DNA of 64,000 nucleotides from Psammoneis japonica (lineage: Eukaryota), in the NCBI GenBank assembly GCA_008632985.1, contig QPGO01000132.1, forward strand, positions 124,001 through 188,000, read 5' to 3'. This document shows positions 13,061 to 26,374 of this stretch, one piece after another. Position numbers and translations under genes: made by a program. The notes under the pieces were generated by a model. It did no database searches, was not told the origin of the DNA, and saw only the letters and a program-made list of their open reading frames with translations. Each line of letters opens with the position of its first letter. Within the stretch, counting starts at the first letter, position 1.

Positions 13061-13345
13061 ATGACTCTTGTTGAGCAATTGATCGATTGTCGTCATGCAG
13101 CGTGCAATGCATCGCTTCATGCAGCCAACAAACTCCCCTTGTGCAGCTTGTGAAGTCATGACTCTTGTCAAGCAATTGATCGATTGTCATTGTGCAGCGC
13201 ACAATGCATCACTTCACGCAGCTGATGAACTCCCCTCATGCAGCTTTTATAAAGTCACAAGCTGCACAGAGCAGGTTGTTGAATCATTGCGTCACACAGC
13301 CAACAAACTTCCCCCGTGCAGCTTGTAAAGTCACAAGCTGCACAA
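13061..13345. repeat. 97-bp tandem repeat (2 full copies plus a partial third) with reciprocal TG/CA differences
   Basis: atgactcttg...gaagtc at 13061 and 13158; third partial cagccaacaaacttcccccgtgcagcttgtaaagtc at ~13297. Confidence 0.85.
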
Positions 13346-15799
13346 GGGGAACTTGCTTGACGAATGACCGTCTGCTTCAATGGTGTCATTGTGTGGCTTT
13401 CCCCACACTGTTTGACGAGCTGCCGAAAGGCAAGAATGATGATCAAGATCACCATGATGGTGACTGATGACTGATGACTGATGAATGCGATGGGCGATGG
13501 GTGGACGGACCCCATTGACACCAAAAAAATTGACCTGATGCTGAACAAGTCAATTGTGAGATCATGTCTTCCATGCACAAGAATCTGCAGGGTTCTTTTA
13601 AAAGCCAAAGCCAGCTCCTGCTGCTGCCATGGAAAGGCCAAAGAACAAAAATGGCAGCTGCAATCTCTGCTGCCATGACTCAATGCATCTGCACCGCTCC
13701 CACGGAAAAACAACATTTTGTGTGGAAAACCACCAAGGGCAGCTGTTTTCCAGCAACAACCCAGCCAACCAGCATCACCTCAAGCATGAACATGTGTGCA
13801 TCCATGACCTCAAGCTCAAGGATGTCATGCAGGCCCAAGCACATGACTGCTGAAAAGAGTGAAAAAAGCCATTTTTCCAGGAATTGACTGACATTGTCAA
13901 CAAGCAGTGTGGTGCGCGCTTTCTCAAAAAAGAAGTCACTGGCCCCAAGCTGCAGCATGAACTGGACAATGAAGCAGCCCACAAAAAAAAGTGCAGCCAA
14001 GCCTTGCACAAAATCAACACTGCCATGAAGCAAGCATTTTGGAGAAGTGTGCTTGCTGCAGCAAGCAAACACATTCTCTCCAGTTTCTTCATTTGGGGTG
14101 TGGTTTCAGTTTTTGTCCCTGGGGCAATGCAAAAGAATGTTGCTGTTCACAAAACAGCACATGAAAAAAAGTCACGTAAAACAGTGTTGCACACAAAATG
14201 TCCCTTGCATCTGTGTGTGTCCAAATGGTCACCTCAAAAGTGCAGCCTCTTGGGACAAATGTTGGATTGTGTCTGGCCTCCGACACAAGCCATGAGAGGC
14301 AGGCAACATTTGACATCTCCACTCACATCAAATCCACAAGTTTTTGACTTGCAGCTGCAACTTGTCATTTTCCCAGTCTTGCACCATGGCATTTTCTGCT
14401 TTTGTGGCTGGGGCCCTCCTCATGGCGCTGGTGGAGCCCCCATCTTTTTCAGCACAGCACCGGTTCTTGCACTGGCAGCAGCTCCAATCTCCTCAGCAGG
14501 AGGGGCACTGCATGATGGTTGAGTGCTGATGGGTGGTGGCATCAAAACAGCAAACACACCAGTGGGCCCCACTGCAGCTTTTCTGTCATGACAAAGACAG
14601 ATCGGGCCACTCAGCTCTGCCATTGAGCTGTCAATGACCACGGGGATTGTGAGATCACTGGCAAGAATGGCAAGAGGAGCCCATGAGCCAGATCTGCTCC
14701 TTCTCCTTGTCCAACAAATCCTCAAACTCCTCTCAAAATTGACAAAACAGGAACGGTGCTCCCGACTTCTTTGGGGGGGAGAGTCTTCCAAGTGTCTCTG
14801 GCCAAAAGGTGCAGAGTGTGTTTTCTTCAAGGGCAGTTCCGCGTGTGCTGCTCTCCAGGTGAATTTGGACTTCAACGTGTCTCCAATGCAGCTGTTGGAG
14901 ACTGCTGCATGTGTCCACCTTGAAGGCAGCCCTGAGACAAAGGTCAAGTGATGCTTGCTGTGGGGCATGCCAGGATCTTCAGGAGGGCTGTCCTCACCCA
15001 TGACATGCACGGCAGTTGCTGAGTCCTCATCAAAACTCAACTCACAATGGTTGGCATGCCTCCCAGCCAGAGCAGGCATGGGTGGTCATGGTGGACCATG
15101 GCAGCACAGAGGGAAACAAGCAAGGGTGGTGACAGAACATGAAGAACAAGAAAGCTTGAGAATGGTCTTGCCATCACTGTGGTTTGTTGTTTTCTCCTTG
15201 GTCAAATTTGTGATGAGCATGTTCTCTTTGCCTGTGACTGTCACCTGCCTTTGCAGGGATGGCCTCTCTTTGTGCAAAGCTGTGAAAAACTCAACAGGTT
15301 TGAACTTTTTTTTTGTGTCTGAGTGTCCAATCTGACACTCACACTTGTTGTGAAACTCCAAATGTGCTGCACGTGTTTTGTGCAAAGAATGCCAAAAACC
15401 AACTTTATGACATTTGCCCAGACACCAGTGTGGAAAAGAAGGTGATGTCAGGCAAATTGACACTGTGGGACCCAGCCAGCAGTTCATCAGATTTTTTTTT
15501 GGGTGGAGTTGGTGAGGTCTGCACATTGCACAGGCAACTCCTCTCCCATGAACACACCTGCTTGGCAATTGTGCAGACAATGGCCAGGCTTGGCTCCTTT
15601 GGAGTTTGGAGCATGGCACCATGCACCCACCATCTCGCCATCTCAGAGCATCAAGAACACTTTTTTTGTGGTGCATTGCTGACGCAGCACCGTCTGCAGT
15701 CCTTGCAAGTTCAAAGCTTGTGAAAGCTGCCCTCTGCCTCAATTGCAAGTCCCATCCATCAACACTGAGTCTCCTCCTGCAGCATCATTTGATGCAAGA

Positions 15800-16560
15800 A
15801 TGAACAAGAAACTGACTTGGACAATGGCCCAGAAGACTTTGGGAATGATGCTGAAATTAACTCTCTGCTGATGGATGAGCTCAAGACTGGTGCCTTTGGT
15901 GACAAAAGAAATTTGAGATGGAGGAAGCACTCCATGACTTCATCAAAACAAAGCTGGGATTGCTGACTGCCACGTCTTCCTGTTGGGCAGAAATTTGTGC
16001 TTGAGAAGGCCAGCAGATCAGCACAACTGGTTCACATCCAGGACCATTGTTAAATTTGCCTCATGGCATGGAAGATGGGGGGGCACATCACACAGGAACT
16101 TGCAACATCCAGTCAACAACAGATGATCATTGATGCTGCAGCGCAAGTTTCTTCAGCTCTCAACATTGTGTGGGCCAACCAGGATGGCGACTTGGGGCTG
16201 CACAATGATGGTGCAGTTCCCAACATTGTGGTTCAATTCAGTTGGAGAAACAAATGGGGGCATGAAGAGCAAGCCACAAATGTCACGATGAACAATGCTG
16301 CAGAAATCAAACAAGGCCAGCCTGGCCTGACTGCTTGCCTGCATGTTGGTTGTCTCATCAAAGTCCAACTCAAAAGAAATGTGAACATGCTGGTGGCAAA
16401 TGTCTCAAAAGGAAGCAAAAAGACATGGGAGGCCTTGATGTTTGTTGCTTGCTCTCCACAGCATCACAGCTGACAATGCAGTCAATGGAGCCAATTGTGC
16501 CAGCAAGCCCATGTGTGCTCTCCAGGGCTCCAGGTGGTCAAGATCACACAGCAGCATCAA
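15800..16560 (+). pseudogene. Mutated relic of a putative Uma2/PD-(D/E)XK-like endonuclease-fold gene
   Basis: PNIVVQFSWRNKWGHEEQA...VGCLIKV resembles a PDxV(I/V)QFSW..K.YEE.A...GYLIKV motif recalled from diatom proteins; GH and GC sit where GY is expected; frameshifts and stops upstream. Confidence 0.35.
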
Positions 16561-18594
16561 CATTTCCCAACAGATTTGGGGAGCAGCTTTCAGACACCAA
16601 TTTGGTGAATGTTGATGAGATGGATGGTGATGCGGTGTCAACAAAAACATCTTGCCACCTGGAGAGCTGTGCCATCGACCACACCCAGATGTTGGCCAAA
16701 GTGCTTTGCTTGAGGAGAAAGGACAGGGTGGCCTCAACTTTGCCCACTTCCTTTGCTGAGATGTGTGCCACACCAGCTCTGTTTGCTGCACTCTGCTTGT
16801 GATCATTTGCATGAGGCCAGTCTCCAAAAATTGCAAGCTCTGCACTCAACTCTCCACTCACTCCTTGCCAGTGTGTCGTGCAGAGGCATGTGTTGATGAA
16901 AATGTGTCAGGGTGTCATGACATGCCTTCCTTGGCTGAGCTGCAAGACCAAGCAGCAAGCCTTCCAAAGCAAGCAACTGCCACTTCTCAAAGTGCACAGA
17001 GTGGCAAATCCAAGTGCGGGGAGCATTGACAGGCTTTCAAGCATGCGGCACAACAACCGGCCTGGCCTTGCATTTTACACCACTGGTGCTGCTGGCGGTG
17101 CATCTGACATTCCATTTTTCCCACTGCCATGGAATTCCAGGCCAGTGGTGAGTTCAACGTGGCAAGCACCTGTGGAGGCCACTTCTCCTGATGACAGCGC
17201 CTGCTCTCTGACTCTCGTCACATTTTTTTGGTTTGGTCTCCAAGAACCTCCTCATTTTGCTGGCCTGGTCCAGAGATGAGGCAGTCGGCTGGCCTCTTGC
17301 CAAAACAGGAACATGGATCAATGAACTCCATGTGACAACATTGGTGCAAACCAGAGGTGCTGCTTTTTGCAGCAAACGTGTGCTTGGGGCAAGACCTTGG
17401 CCGCCACAGCTCAGCGGCTGCAGTCAAGAAAACGAAACAGTGGAGAAGAGCTTCACCTTGGAAACATCATGATGACACCACTTGTTTTGGCAGAAGTCCA
17501 GCATCCATTGGGCACAGTGGTGCCAGCAGACCAACTCCATCTGGCAGGATGCAAAAAACAAAAAAACGAAAAACTGGATGATGACTCCATGATTGACGAA
17601 AGCGATGGGCGATGGGCGGATGGACCCAATTGACGTTGATGTTGACCCGGAATTCCGCACTCCACATTGCCGTCACTCTCTCTCTAGCTAGAGAACACAT
17701 TGAACATTACGTAGAACTCGATCGTTGCACACCGTAGCATCTATCTACAGTGCGGTAGACTACGGTAGTCGGTGCAACTCATTGCATTTGAACGCAGTGG
17801 GGATATTTATGTTGAGAACCTTGTACAACATGCTCATGGACAAACGCACACAACGACAAACAAAAGTTACGGTGCTGCTGGTCACAGCACAAACAACGCC
17901 GCGGCTTTCATTATATTACCAACGAAACAATTGAAATTGAATGTAAGTTGATCGTAACAGCTATTGCTTGTGACAGGCTATGAATAAACATTATAAATGA
18001 TGCACAAAACTATGATCGATGGATTGTTTGCTGAATAAAATCATCGCCAAGCGCCAAGTTTCGCTTCGTGCCACTTTTCGCCTTTATTAGTAGTTCATAG
18101 CTACCCGCTATTCTTTCGCGTAGAAAATGTACTGAGAATCACGTAAGAGCTGTGCACACGCTGTTCCGTGTGCGACAGCGCGAGACGAGAGGAGCCGCTG
18201 GCGCTGAAATTAAATCATGTTTGCAAGGTTGTGGTCTTGACTCTATATTCATTTGAGGGCATTCTAAACTTATTGTAAATTGCGTTTTGCATTCTGCTGT
18301 CGATCTGTTGGAGAACCATAAAGAATCGTTGATCGTTGCCGTACCGTCTGTAGTGTCCCGCTGTGCTACATAGAGCGACTCCGTGTAATAAGGAGGACCC
18401 TCTAGGTTTGTTGTTCAGGCCTTTGCTAGCGGTAGATCGTTTTAGCTTTGGTTGTCCATTTTTAAGTTTTATTTTTCTCTAAAACTATGATCTATTTACA
18501 GATCGCTTTTGCGTAACATATTAGACTGGGACTCTAACCTTTTCCAATACTATTTTCTCTGATCCCTGCAGGATACATGTAGCGGGAGTTAGGC

Positions 18595-21500
18595 ATGGAT
18601 TTTACGCCAGAAGAATATTATTTTCCTGAAGAATCGCCTTCCGAAGATGCTGTTGTCCCTTCACAAATGAAGATAAGGAATCAAGCCCAAGAACTCCCCG
18701 ATGAGGCTGCACGGGCAGGGCAGTTTGGGACCGGCAATAGTGCTCCCCAGACTTTCGAGAGGCAGCCTTTACAAGCCCAAGAGCTATCCTATGCCATTGA
18801 GCCAGCAGTGACAGAGCGATTTGGCACGGACAGAAGCGGTTTTCAGTGCGAGATGCATTCGGCAGCTGATCTTGAAGCGTCCGATGATATCAATGATGCA
18901 ATAGATGAGCGCTTTGGTGCGGGCAAAAGTGATTCCCAGCTCAGCGAGATGCAGGCTGAATACCTAGCCACTGAAACGTCTCCCATTGGCAGTTATGCGA
19001 GTCTTTCCCCAAAAGATGACACTGAACTACAGGATGATTTTACGAGCAAGTCGTCCATTCACCCACAGTGCTCCCCGCGTCCAGGTGTGGTGGTTGCCGA
19101 AATGAAGTGTTCCAGTGGAAAGGATGATCTCAATGAGGGTAGAGAAGACGTTGTAGGTCTAAATGTTTTTGACGAAGTAGCCCCCGTAGTTGATGACGCT
19201 CCCGAGATAAACCCGCATTTGCATCAAGGCCCAAACAAGAAACGAAAGACATGCGAGTACGACAGCCCCGATCTCGCTGAAAGTGAACACACTCACCGGG
19301 ATCTAGGGCGTAATGGCGCATCCTTAATATCTGGTGAGCCTTTGCTAGGACACGGTGTGCGGTCGCCGGATCATTCTACCGATTTTCTCCCGGTAGGCGG
19401 TGATCAGCCCGCCGCGGAGAATGCTTTACATCTCAGCAGAAATCCAGTCTCAGTTACTGTTTCGCAAGCAAATGCTTCTTGTGGAGTTTTCGACGATGCG
19501 GACGATGGTTATCCTGCTACAGAAACCTCTATCTCACAACGGAAACATGTCAGAGCGGACTCTGGAGTCGGAGGTGATAGTGCAATACCAGGTATTTCCT
19601 CAACGAGTAGAGCAGCGTCTTTAGTTCCAAGTAGCCTAGGACAACAGGCAAGTCAGAACTTCGCTTCCGGTCCAGCATTCCCATCGAACAACGACGAGAG
19701 CAATCAAAGAGGCAGGTTGTCGCTGGGCAGCAATGCCGGATTTGGGTCACTTTCCAAGAGCTTTGGCGCACCTGTTGCGCAGTCGATGACAGAATCACAA
19801 GTTATTATTGACCCATACGATGACGAGGAAACCTCTGATGAAGGCATTGGAATGAACGGATCTTCCGGTTTTGGCCAGGTTGCTACCAGCCCAGTATCAA
19901 GGACATTGTTACACATTGCACCTCGGGGTGAAAATATTGCGGAGAAAGATGTCGACCTGGCTCCCAAACCAGAGAACGAGAAGCTTGGCAAATCCGAAAA
20001 GACGAAGAAAAAGGTTGTCCCAGTGCCGGGTGTGACGATTTCTTCAAAAGACTTCAAGTTTGCGAAAGAAACTCTCAGTGGTGTCACCGATTTGTCTATA
20101 ATTTTGCCAGAGAAAGACTGCCGGTTCTTAGGCGAGAACTTTTGGATTTTTACGGTACAGCAGCTTGAGTACGTCCTGGATCTTGGAGATACCACCGACC
20201 TTGCTCCAACAGCAGCCGCACCAGAAGACATAAGACGTGAGCTTCTGCAAACCATGGCCACGAGCTCTGCTTCAGGTGTAGAAACGGACTGTCCCAACTC
20301 TAGCGTTCGAAGCTCGCCCGATCCTGCGTCTTGCCTCCACAAAACGAATCAAGATACAGGGGCTTCTAACGGCAAAGAAGATACTCCAGCTGATAGTGAG
20401 TTGAAATTATTGGATCGATTCGATGACAAAGAATCGGCTTCTTCATCGCTAGTACCTCAAGACTTTCCGCCGTCAGCCACAATACCGCGACGCGTCACGG
20501 ACGACAACTCCTGCAATGCTGACAGCATGGAAACTGATACATCATTGAGAATCAAAGTTGATACCTTACGGTTAGCAGAACGTGCAATAAACGATACTAC
20601 GGATCTGGTTTCTTCGGAAACGTCAGACGCCGTGGCGGAAAGTTCAAGTTTCGTATATGCTTCAGAAGATACTCCAATAGCTGACGAAGTCCGGCAAACT
20701 TCTCTGTCGCTGCCAATACCGCGGCATGTCACCGAGAAAAGCTTCGAGAACAATATGGTTGCGGTTTCTTCATCCAGAGAAAACGCAGACGTTGTACCGT
20801 CGACTGAATACGTTGAGAACGCTGGAACTGGTCCAACGGCTTCTTCGGAGGGAAACAAAGTAGTTCCCATTCTTGCTAACAAGGGCGAGAAAGATGCCAT
20901 GCATGGAAAAATGGCAATACCGGTCATTCATAGCAACGACATTGTGGGTTCCTTTGTGAATGAAGTTGAGAGAGAGGGATTGGATCAAGTGTGCGCCGAT
21001 CGAGGCCAAGGACCTTTCCTATCATCGAAAGATTCGTCTGGCCCAGAGACGGAATCGTTTCCGAAAGAAAGTGTAGCGTTGGGAGCTGGGCGAGCAAATA
21101 CTTGCCATACCTCTGACATGCCAAAAACACTGCAAGGCAACGAAAACGTTCAGTTGACGGCGGGGACTCGTAACTCCGGCACACTTGACACATCGAGCGA
21201 AACGACTATAGCACCCAGTGGACAATCTCTGCTGGAAGGAGAAGCACGGCTGAAAACGTGGGCATGTGCGGTTCGAAAATGGCAAGAAGAAAGGAAACAA
21301 AAAGAAGGCGAAGAAATTGCAGAGGCTTCACAGTTTCACATCAAAAATCAGTTCTCGCTCCAGGGGCCCGTATCTTGCCTTATCCCGATACTGTTCCGAA
21401 ACTTTTTGGCATCCGTGTCTGTCAAAACGGCGTTCAGATTTTTGTCTTCAAAGAAGACAGAAGCCTCCGGGGTTGTGCACGCCTTCCAACTGTGGCGAGC

Positions 21501-24500
21501 AAAATGTGATCTGCCTTTCATGAAGGCAAGTACTCTAGCGAGGTATTTGCTAGGCTTGACAAATCGCCTGAAACTGGCAATCACTTCTGTTCCACCCGCA
21601 GATAGTTTTACACGAAAATGGCTAGGATGCGAATTAATGGTGCTTACTGGATCAGGTAAGGAGTACATAATCGATTTTTGTCGATTCGACTCCGGTGACG
21701 ACTTTGTGAACACAAGAACAAAAGAGATTTCTGACAAGATGGTTGGGTGGAGAGAGCAGAGAGGACTTTCTGTTTTGAAAGGATCGGGGAAGGTCGCAAT
21801 GGTATCGGCGTGGAAGACAGCTGTAAAAGAGACCAAAGAAGCTGAAGTTGGGGAAGGACGGGTGCTTGCTCAAGACGATTTCCTACAAGGCGATGTTCCT
21901 ATGCCTGCAGGAAAGCCTACGAAATCGAAACGTCAAGTGGATCCTCACGAGAAGGAACTCGAGGGAATAAAGAAATCTCCAGAATTCCTTTCTGGACTGC
22001 TGAAACCGGACGTTGTATCCTTTCTTGACTCCCAGGGGATAGAAACTGCGGAAGAGTTGTTGAATTATCCCAAAACTTTAAGTTCCGACGTCGATGCTGC
22101 ATTGCTTGAATTTCGAAACCAGCATGTGCCTGAAAATGACTTCTCCCACACTCATTTGTGGAGTGAATGGATCTCGATAGTGGAAAATAGGTTACAGGAC
22201 ATTTTGCATCAGAAAAAGAAGCAGCGTGATAGGCCGAAGACATCCAAGAAGAGAAAGAAGAAGGAAACAACTGAAGGACGTAGCATGCCTGCTCCTAGTC
22301 GCCCGCCAAAACAGACGAGTCATCGCAGCATGCCTGCTCCTAGTCGCCTGTCAAAACAGACGAGTCATCATAGTACGCACGTTGTGAGTACAAAAGCTAA
22401 TTGCGGGAGAGAGGACGATTCATTTCAGTCTTTGAGCAAGACCTCGAAAAGGTTTCTCAAGAGCCAAGGAATAACAAGTAGCCAGCAATTCCTGGATACA
22501 AAGACCACAGATCTTGCGAATGCCTTTGTTTCCTGGAGAGAAAAAGAGAAGATGCCGGCGTTGAAAGGCCAGGGTTCAATAGCATCCATAAGTGGATGGA
22601 AGGGAATCGTAAGGAAGGCGATGGCCAAGATAAATCATACTGTTGTTGAAAAACGCACGACAGCTGCATCGAAGAATAGACAGAAAGTGGAAATGAAACC
22701 CAGATTGGAGGTCAAGCCGATGGCTCACAACGATGTGCTTAGGGGTATGCCTTTTCGAGAATTTGCGGTTAAAAGCAGAATTGGTAGGTCTCCTCTTTTG
22801 TCTGTACCAAATTCATTTTCACGTGAGCAATGCAATAACACCACCGTTCCATCATTCACTCGTCTGCGTTCCAGGTGTTACGTACGATTTTGAATTGTCG
22901 ATTAGGCATTCAAAGCTAGCGTCAGCAGCCGTTGGAGTATATCTCACGTACAAAGGGTCGCGTAACCGTGTCGAATCTCTAGATGTAGTTACCGGCAAAC
23001 CAAACGCCGATACTCTCGGATGTGAAACCGAGGTATTGTCGAAGGGAACAAGTTTAGGTTCGAGCCAGACCCTCTTACACGTTCTTCTTGATGTCCCGTC
23101 TAGTGACCAGCGCCCCGAAAAGGACGGTATCTCGCCATCCACCGCGCCTCTACCTTTCTCATCTCTTGCGCCTGGGTGTGGGCTCGTTGAGCTTGGCCCA
23201 TATGGTGTTCGCCCCCTTCCAAAGTGTGGTAAGTGTGACATATCGCTGGGTGCATATTTCGGTTGATGCAGTAACTAATCTATGATATCCGTTGATATGA
23301 AAGATCGTTGTGATGAACTGAAACGGAAAATCAAACAGTTCGTGACTTGTGAAATTTTCCCTCCGGAGATTCAAGAGAACTCTCACCCAATCACTGATGT
23401 CAAAGCTGCTAACGATCTCACGGAGGTACCCGGTGGAACTACGTGTGCAAACGTGTTTTCAGTGGAAACCGAATACAACGTGCAAGACTTCTTGTACATT
23501 GAGAATCCAATGGAGCAAGGTCAAACAGTTGAATTGATTTACCACGCCGAAAATGAGAACTCGTACGGAGACGAAGTGTCCATGCGCAAGAGCGGAATCG
23601 GGTGTGATGTCCGCTTCAGGATTGTGCTTGAGAATGAACTCGCTTGCCTATCTTTGGTGGAGGTTCATCGTTTGTACACGTTTGTAACGAAGACTATCGG
23701 TAAGCCAATACTTGCTGATGTGTCTAAACTTGTACATGGAATATTTGGTCGCAAGCTGAAAAAGTTCGCGGGAGAGGAGATATCAGGGTATTCCATTCGT
23801 GCCAAAAAGAACAGAATCTTACTTGTTTCTCGGCGAAGACTTCACTGGGTTGCCAGCGCAATGATAAAGAAAGTGCGCGATTTTGAGAGCATCATACAAC
23901 ACTGGAGTACAGAAAGGCGCCTAAACGGCATGGCAGAAGGGCTTGATTCTCTCTTATGGGATGCAAGCGTCACAAATGCCTTCGACATGATCGCAGAATC
24001 CTGTGACGAGTTGCCTTCCGACGTGGTCCGTGACGAAGTTGGGAATGAAGTCCTCGTCGACCTCATTCAGAATAAGAAGCTGAGATGCCCTTTTGACAGT
24101 GCTCAATGGTGTCCTCTCTCTTTACGACTATTGAGACAGTCCTTGCGGATTGTTTCTTCGTACGTGCTCACCGCAGACACCGGCGACTCAAATTTGTTGA
24201 CAAAGCAACAGGGAGTTGTCGACGAGCTCGTTCTGTGCGTGTCGGATGCAACGGAAAGTTTGCTGTCACCACTCAGAAACCTGCAAGACTTGACATTTTC
24301 AAGTGATTCGTTTTCAACCGGAATCCCTTTAGGCGCGCAAGAGCTCCCAGATGATGCTGGGCGTGTCAATCTGGGAGATGATACATTTGAACGTGGAATG
24401 CAAGCCTACACTGACGCTATGAGTTTGTGCGATGAACCCCTTGGTGCCTCGATTGCGGTCACTGGCCCGGCAAGTGTCGCTTCGCCGAATTCTCTGCTGG

Positions 24501-26365
24501 CTACAGAAGCCCCAAGGGAGATTGAAGCGTGCTCCACAAAAGGAGTTTCTATGCGTTCCGAATCTGATGTGCTTACGAATAATGCGAAATTGCACGTAAG
24601 CTGGTATCTCGAATATCAAGTTCTCCCAGTGATGCACGCGGTTGCATCCAGTAGTTTGATATCCTGGACTTCAATGCCCCTTGCATTTGAGCCTTCCACG
24701 TGCATCTACAACTCAGACCATCTCGTTTCTGCCATCAATGCAACATTGAAAAAGTGCGATGCAGAATCGTTTGAATTGTCTGGTGGTGACATCGGGGCCG
24801 GTGGCTTCATGGATGTAGTTCGATTGAAAGCGCTTGAATCACCTGATCCACCCAAGCCTGTCGCTTTCGCGCCGACGTCGGAGCAGCTGTTCCTAGGTGT
24901 GATTTGGTCGCTACTTCACAGAAGCTACGGATGGCAACTTGGAGCAGGAGACAGTCCCGAAGATGTCGTCTTTTATCCTCCCGGTCACAAAATCCACGAG
25001 TGTCAAAACAGTGGGCTGAACGCGGTGGCAAAACAAAAGGACCGCAAGCGCAAAGCCATAATTCATAAGAACAAGATCGAAACGATTGGTTGGGGGCATC
25101 TATCCAAGGGGATGAAAACCATTTTTGTAAATTCGGTGGAAAGATGGAAAGAGGGGAAGTCCTCGACGGCAAGAGGACTGATGGCGAAGGACGCACTCGA
25201 CTTGTTTGCAAAAGCGATGTCGAATGAGATAACTCGTCCATGTGACGATTCGGACCTTGCAAGGGTGCGAAAAATCGCCGATGCCGTTCTGGATTGTGTC
25301 GTTGAGCTTTCACCGAGTCTGGTGGGCTCTTCAGGGACACCAGGTGGAGTGAATGCGAGGGAGCAAGTTACGTGCGAGGATTTATTGAGATTTCTGATTC
25401 TCGTACCAGACATTTTGAAGATTCCAGGAATCGATTCGAAACAAAAAGACGAAGCGACTGCCGTCGTACATGATCTGGCACACTTCCTAACATCCAACAG
25501 TTCCACCTTTTTCGACGACTCGATCCTGCCACCCCCAGAAGAATTAGCAGAGGAAAACCCTCACATACCGTTCATTTCCTCCAGAATTCGCAGCATAGCG
25601 GAAAGGAAGTCGGAGAATGGATCGAAATCCGACCCTGTCGCCGCAGGGTTTGAGATGTACGATGAATTGATTCGTCCAAGTGACCATTCACTGTTGACAG
25701 ACTATACCATGACGGTGATTAACCAAATGTTGGCCTACCGTGCATCCGAGGCCGATGTATTCAGGAAAGGTCGCCGATCATTACAGGTTGGGACTCCTGG
25801 ACTTCTTTGTCGTCACTGCAAAGGGAGTAGCGGGGAAGGCGCGTACTTCTTTTCGTCGCTAGACAGCTTTGCGACTGCATCAACGGTTGTGCATTCTCAC
25901 ATCAAACGGTGTCCGATGTGCCCACAATACATCAAAGACGTTACACAGGTCCTGAAGAAAACTCATGCTCAGCAGCGTAAGAAGCTCAAGTTTGGGTCAC
26001 AAGCCGAGTTCTTTTCCAGAGTGTGGGCGCGACTCATGTCTTTGCCTACCAATACAAACTCCATTCCGGATCCGCCAAGCGTGCAGCGTCAAGCAAGTGT
26101 AGTGGACTCATCCTCTGGTCAAGAGGACACTGTGGAATCGTTCGGCAACCACATTGGTCTCATATCCTACCTGGTCGACACTCCGATCTGGATTGAGCGC
26201 CAAGACGTGAAGGAGTGTTTGGAACAGTATTACAGGTGTTTGGAAGAAGGCGGACGCATCTACATGACGTCGGCAATGCCTTCCCATTTCAATTCTGAGT
26301 GGTTGCTTTCGACAATGGTACCACGTCAAGCACACGCAAAGACTCACTTTCTCAGCAGTGGCTGA
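18595..26365 (+). CDS. ~2,534-aa protein: disordered N-terminus, repeated helix-hairpin-helix-like modules, MRG-like segment, C-terminal GLxCRHC Zn-binding domain; exons 18595-22783, 22875-23228, 23304-26365
   Basis: Two GT-AG introns join three ORFs in frame (7605 nt); EDLLRFLILVP..LAHFL (MRG-like); VGTPGLLCRHC..HSHIKRCPMCP. Confidence 0.75.
22279..22368 (+). repeat. 45-bp in-frame tandem duplication (RSMPAPSRxxKQTSH x2)
   Basis: cg(t/c)agcatgcctgctcctagtcgcc(c/t)g(c/t)caaaacagacgagtcat present twice. Confidence 0.9.
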
Positions 26366-26374
26366 GATTGAACA

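Larger units (their letters stand above)
11200..17650. mobile_element. 6.4-kb TpA- and CpG-depleted block of nested, heavily mutated transposon/gene relics
   Basis: No RTAY 4-mer found by eye; TG/CA-rich; internal repeats; many overlapping Cys/His-rich, Tyr-poor spurious ORFs. Confidence 0.7.

Noticed and set aside
13061..13345. Possible CRISPR-like array (also 35272-35355 and 60262-60440)
   Set aside because: Contiguous tandem units without unique spacers, no cas genes, eukaryotic context.
11139..17700. Dozens of overlapping 60-225 aa ORFs on both strands
   Set aside because: By-product of TAA/TAG loss in TA-depleted DNA; Cys/His-rich, Tyr-poor, no coherent gene structure.
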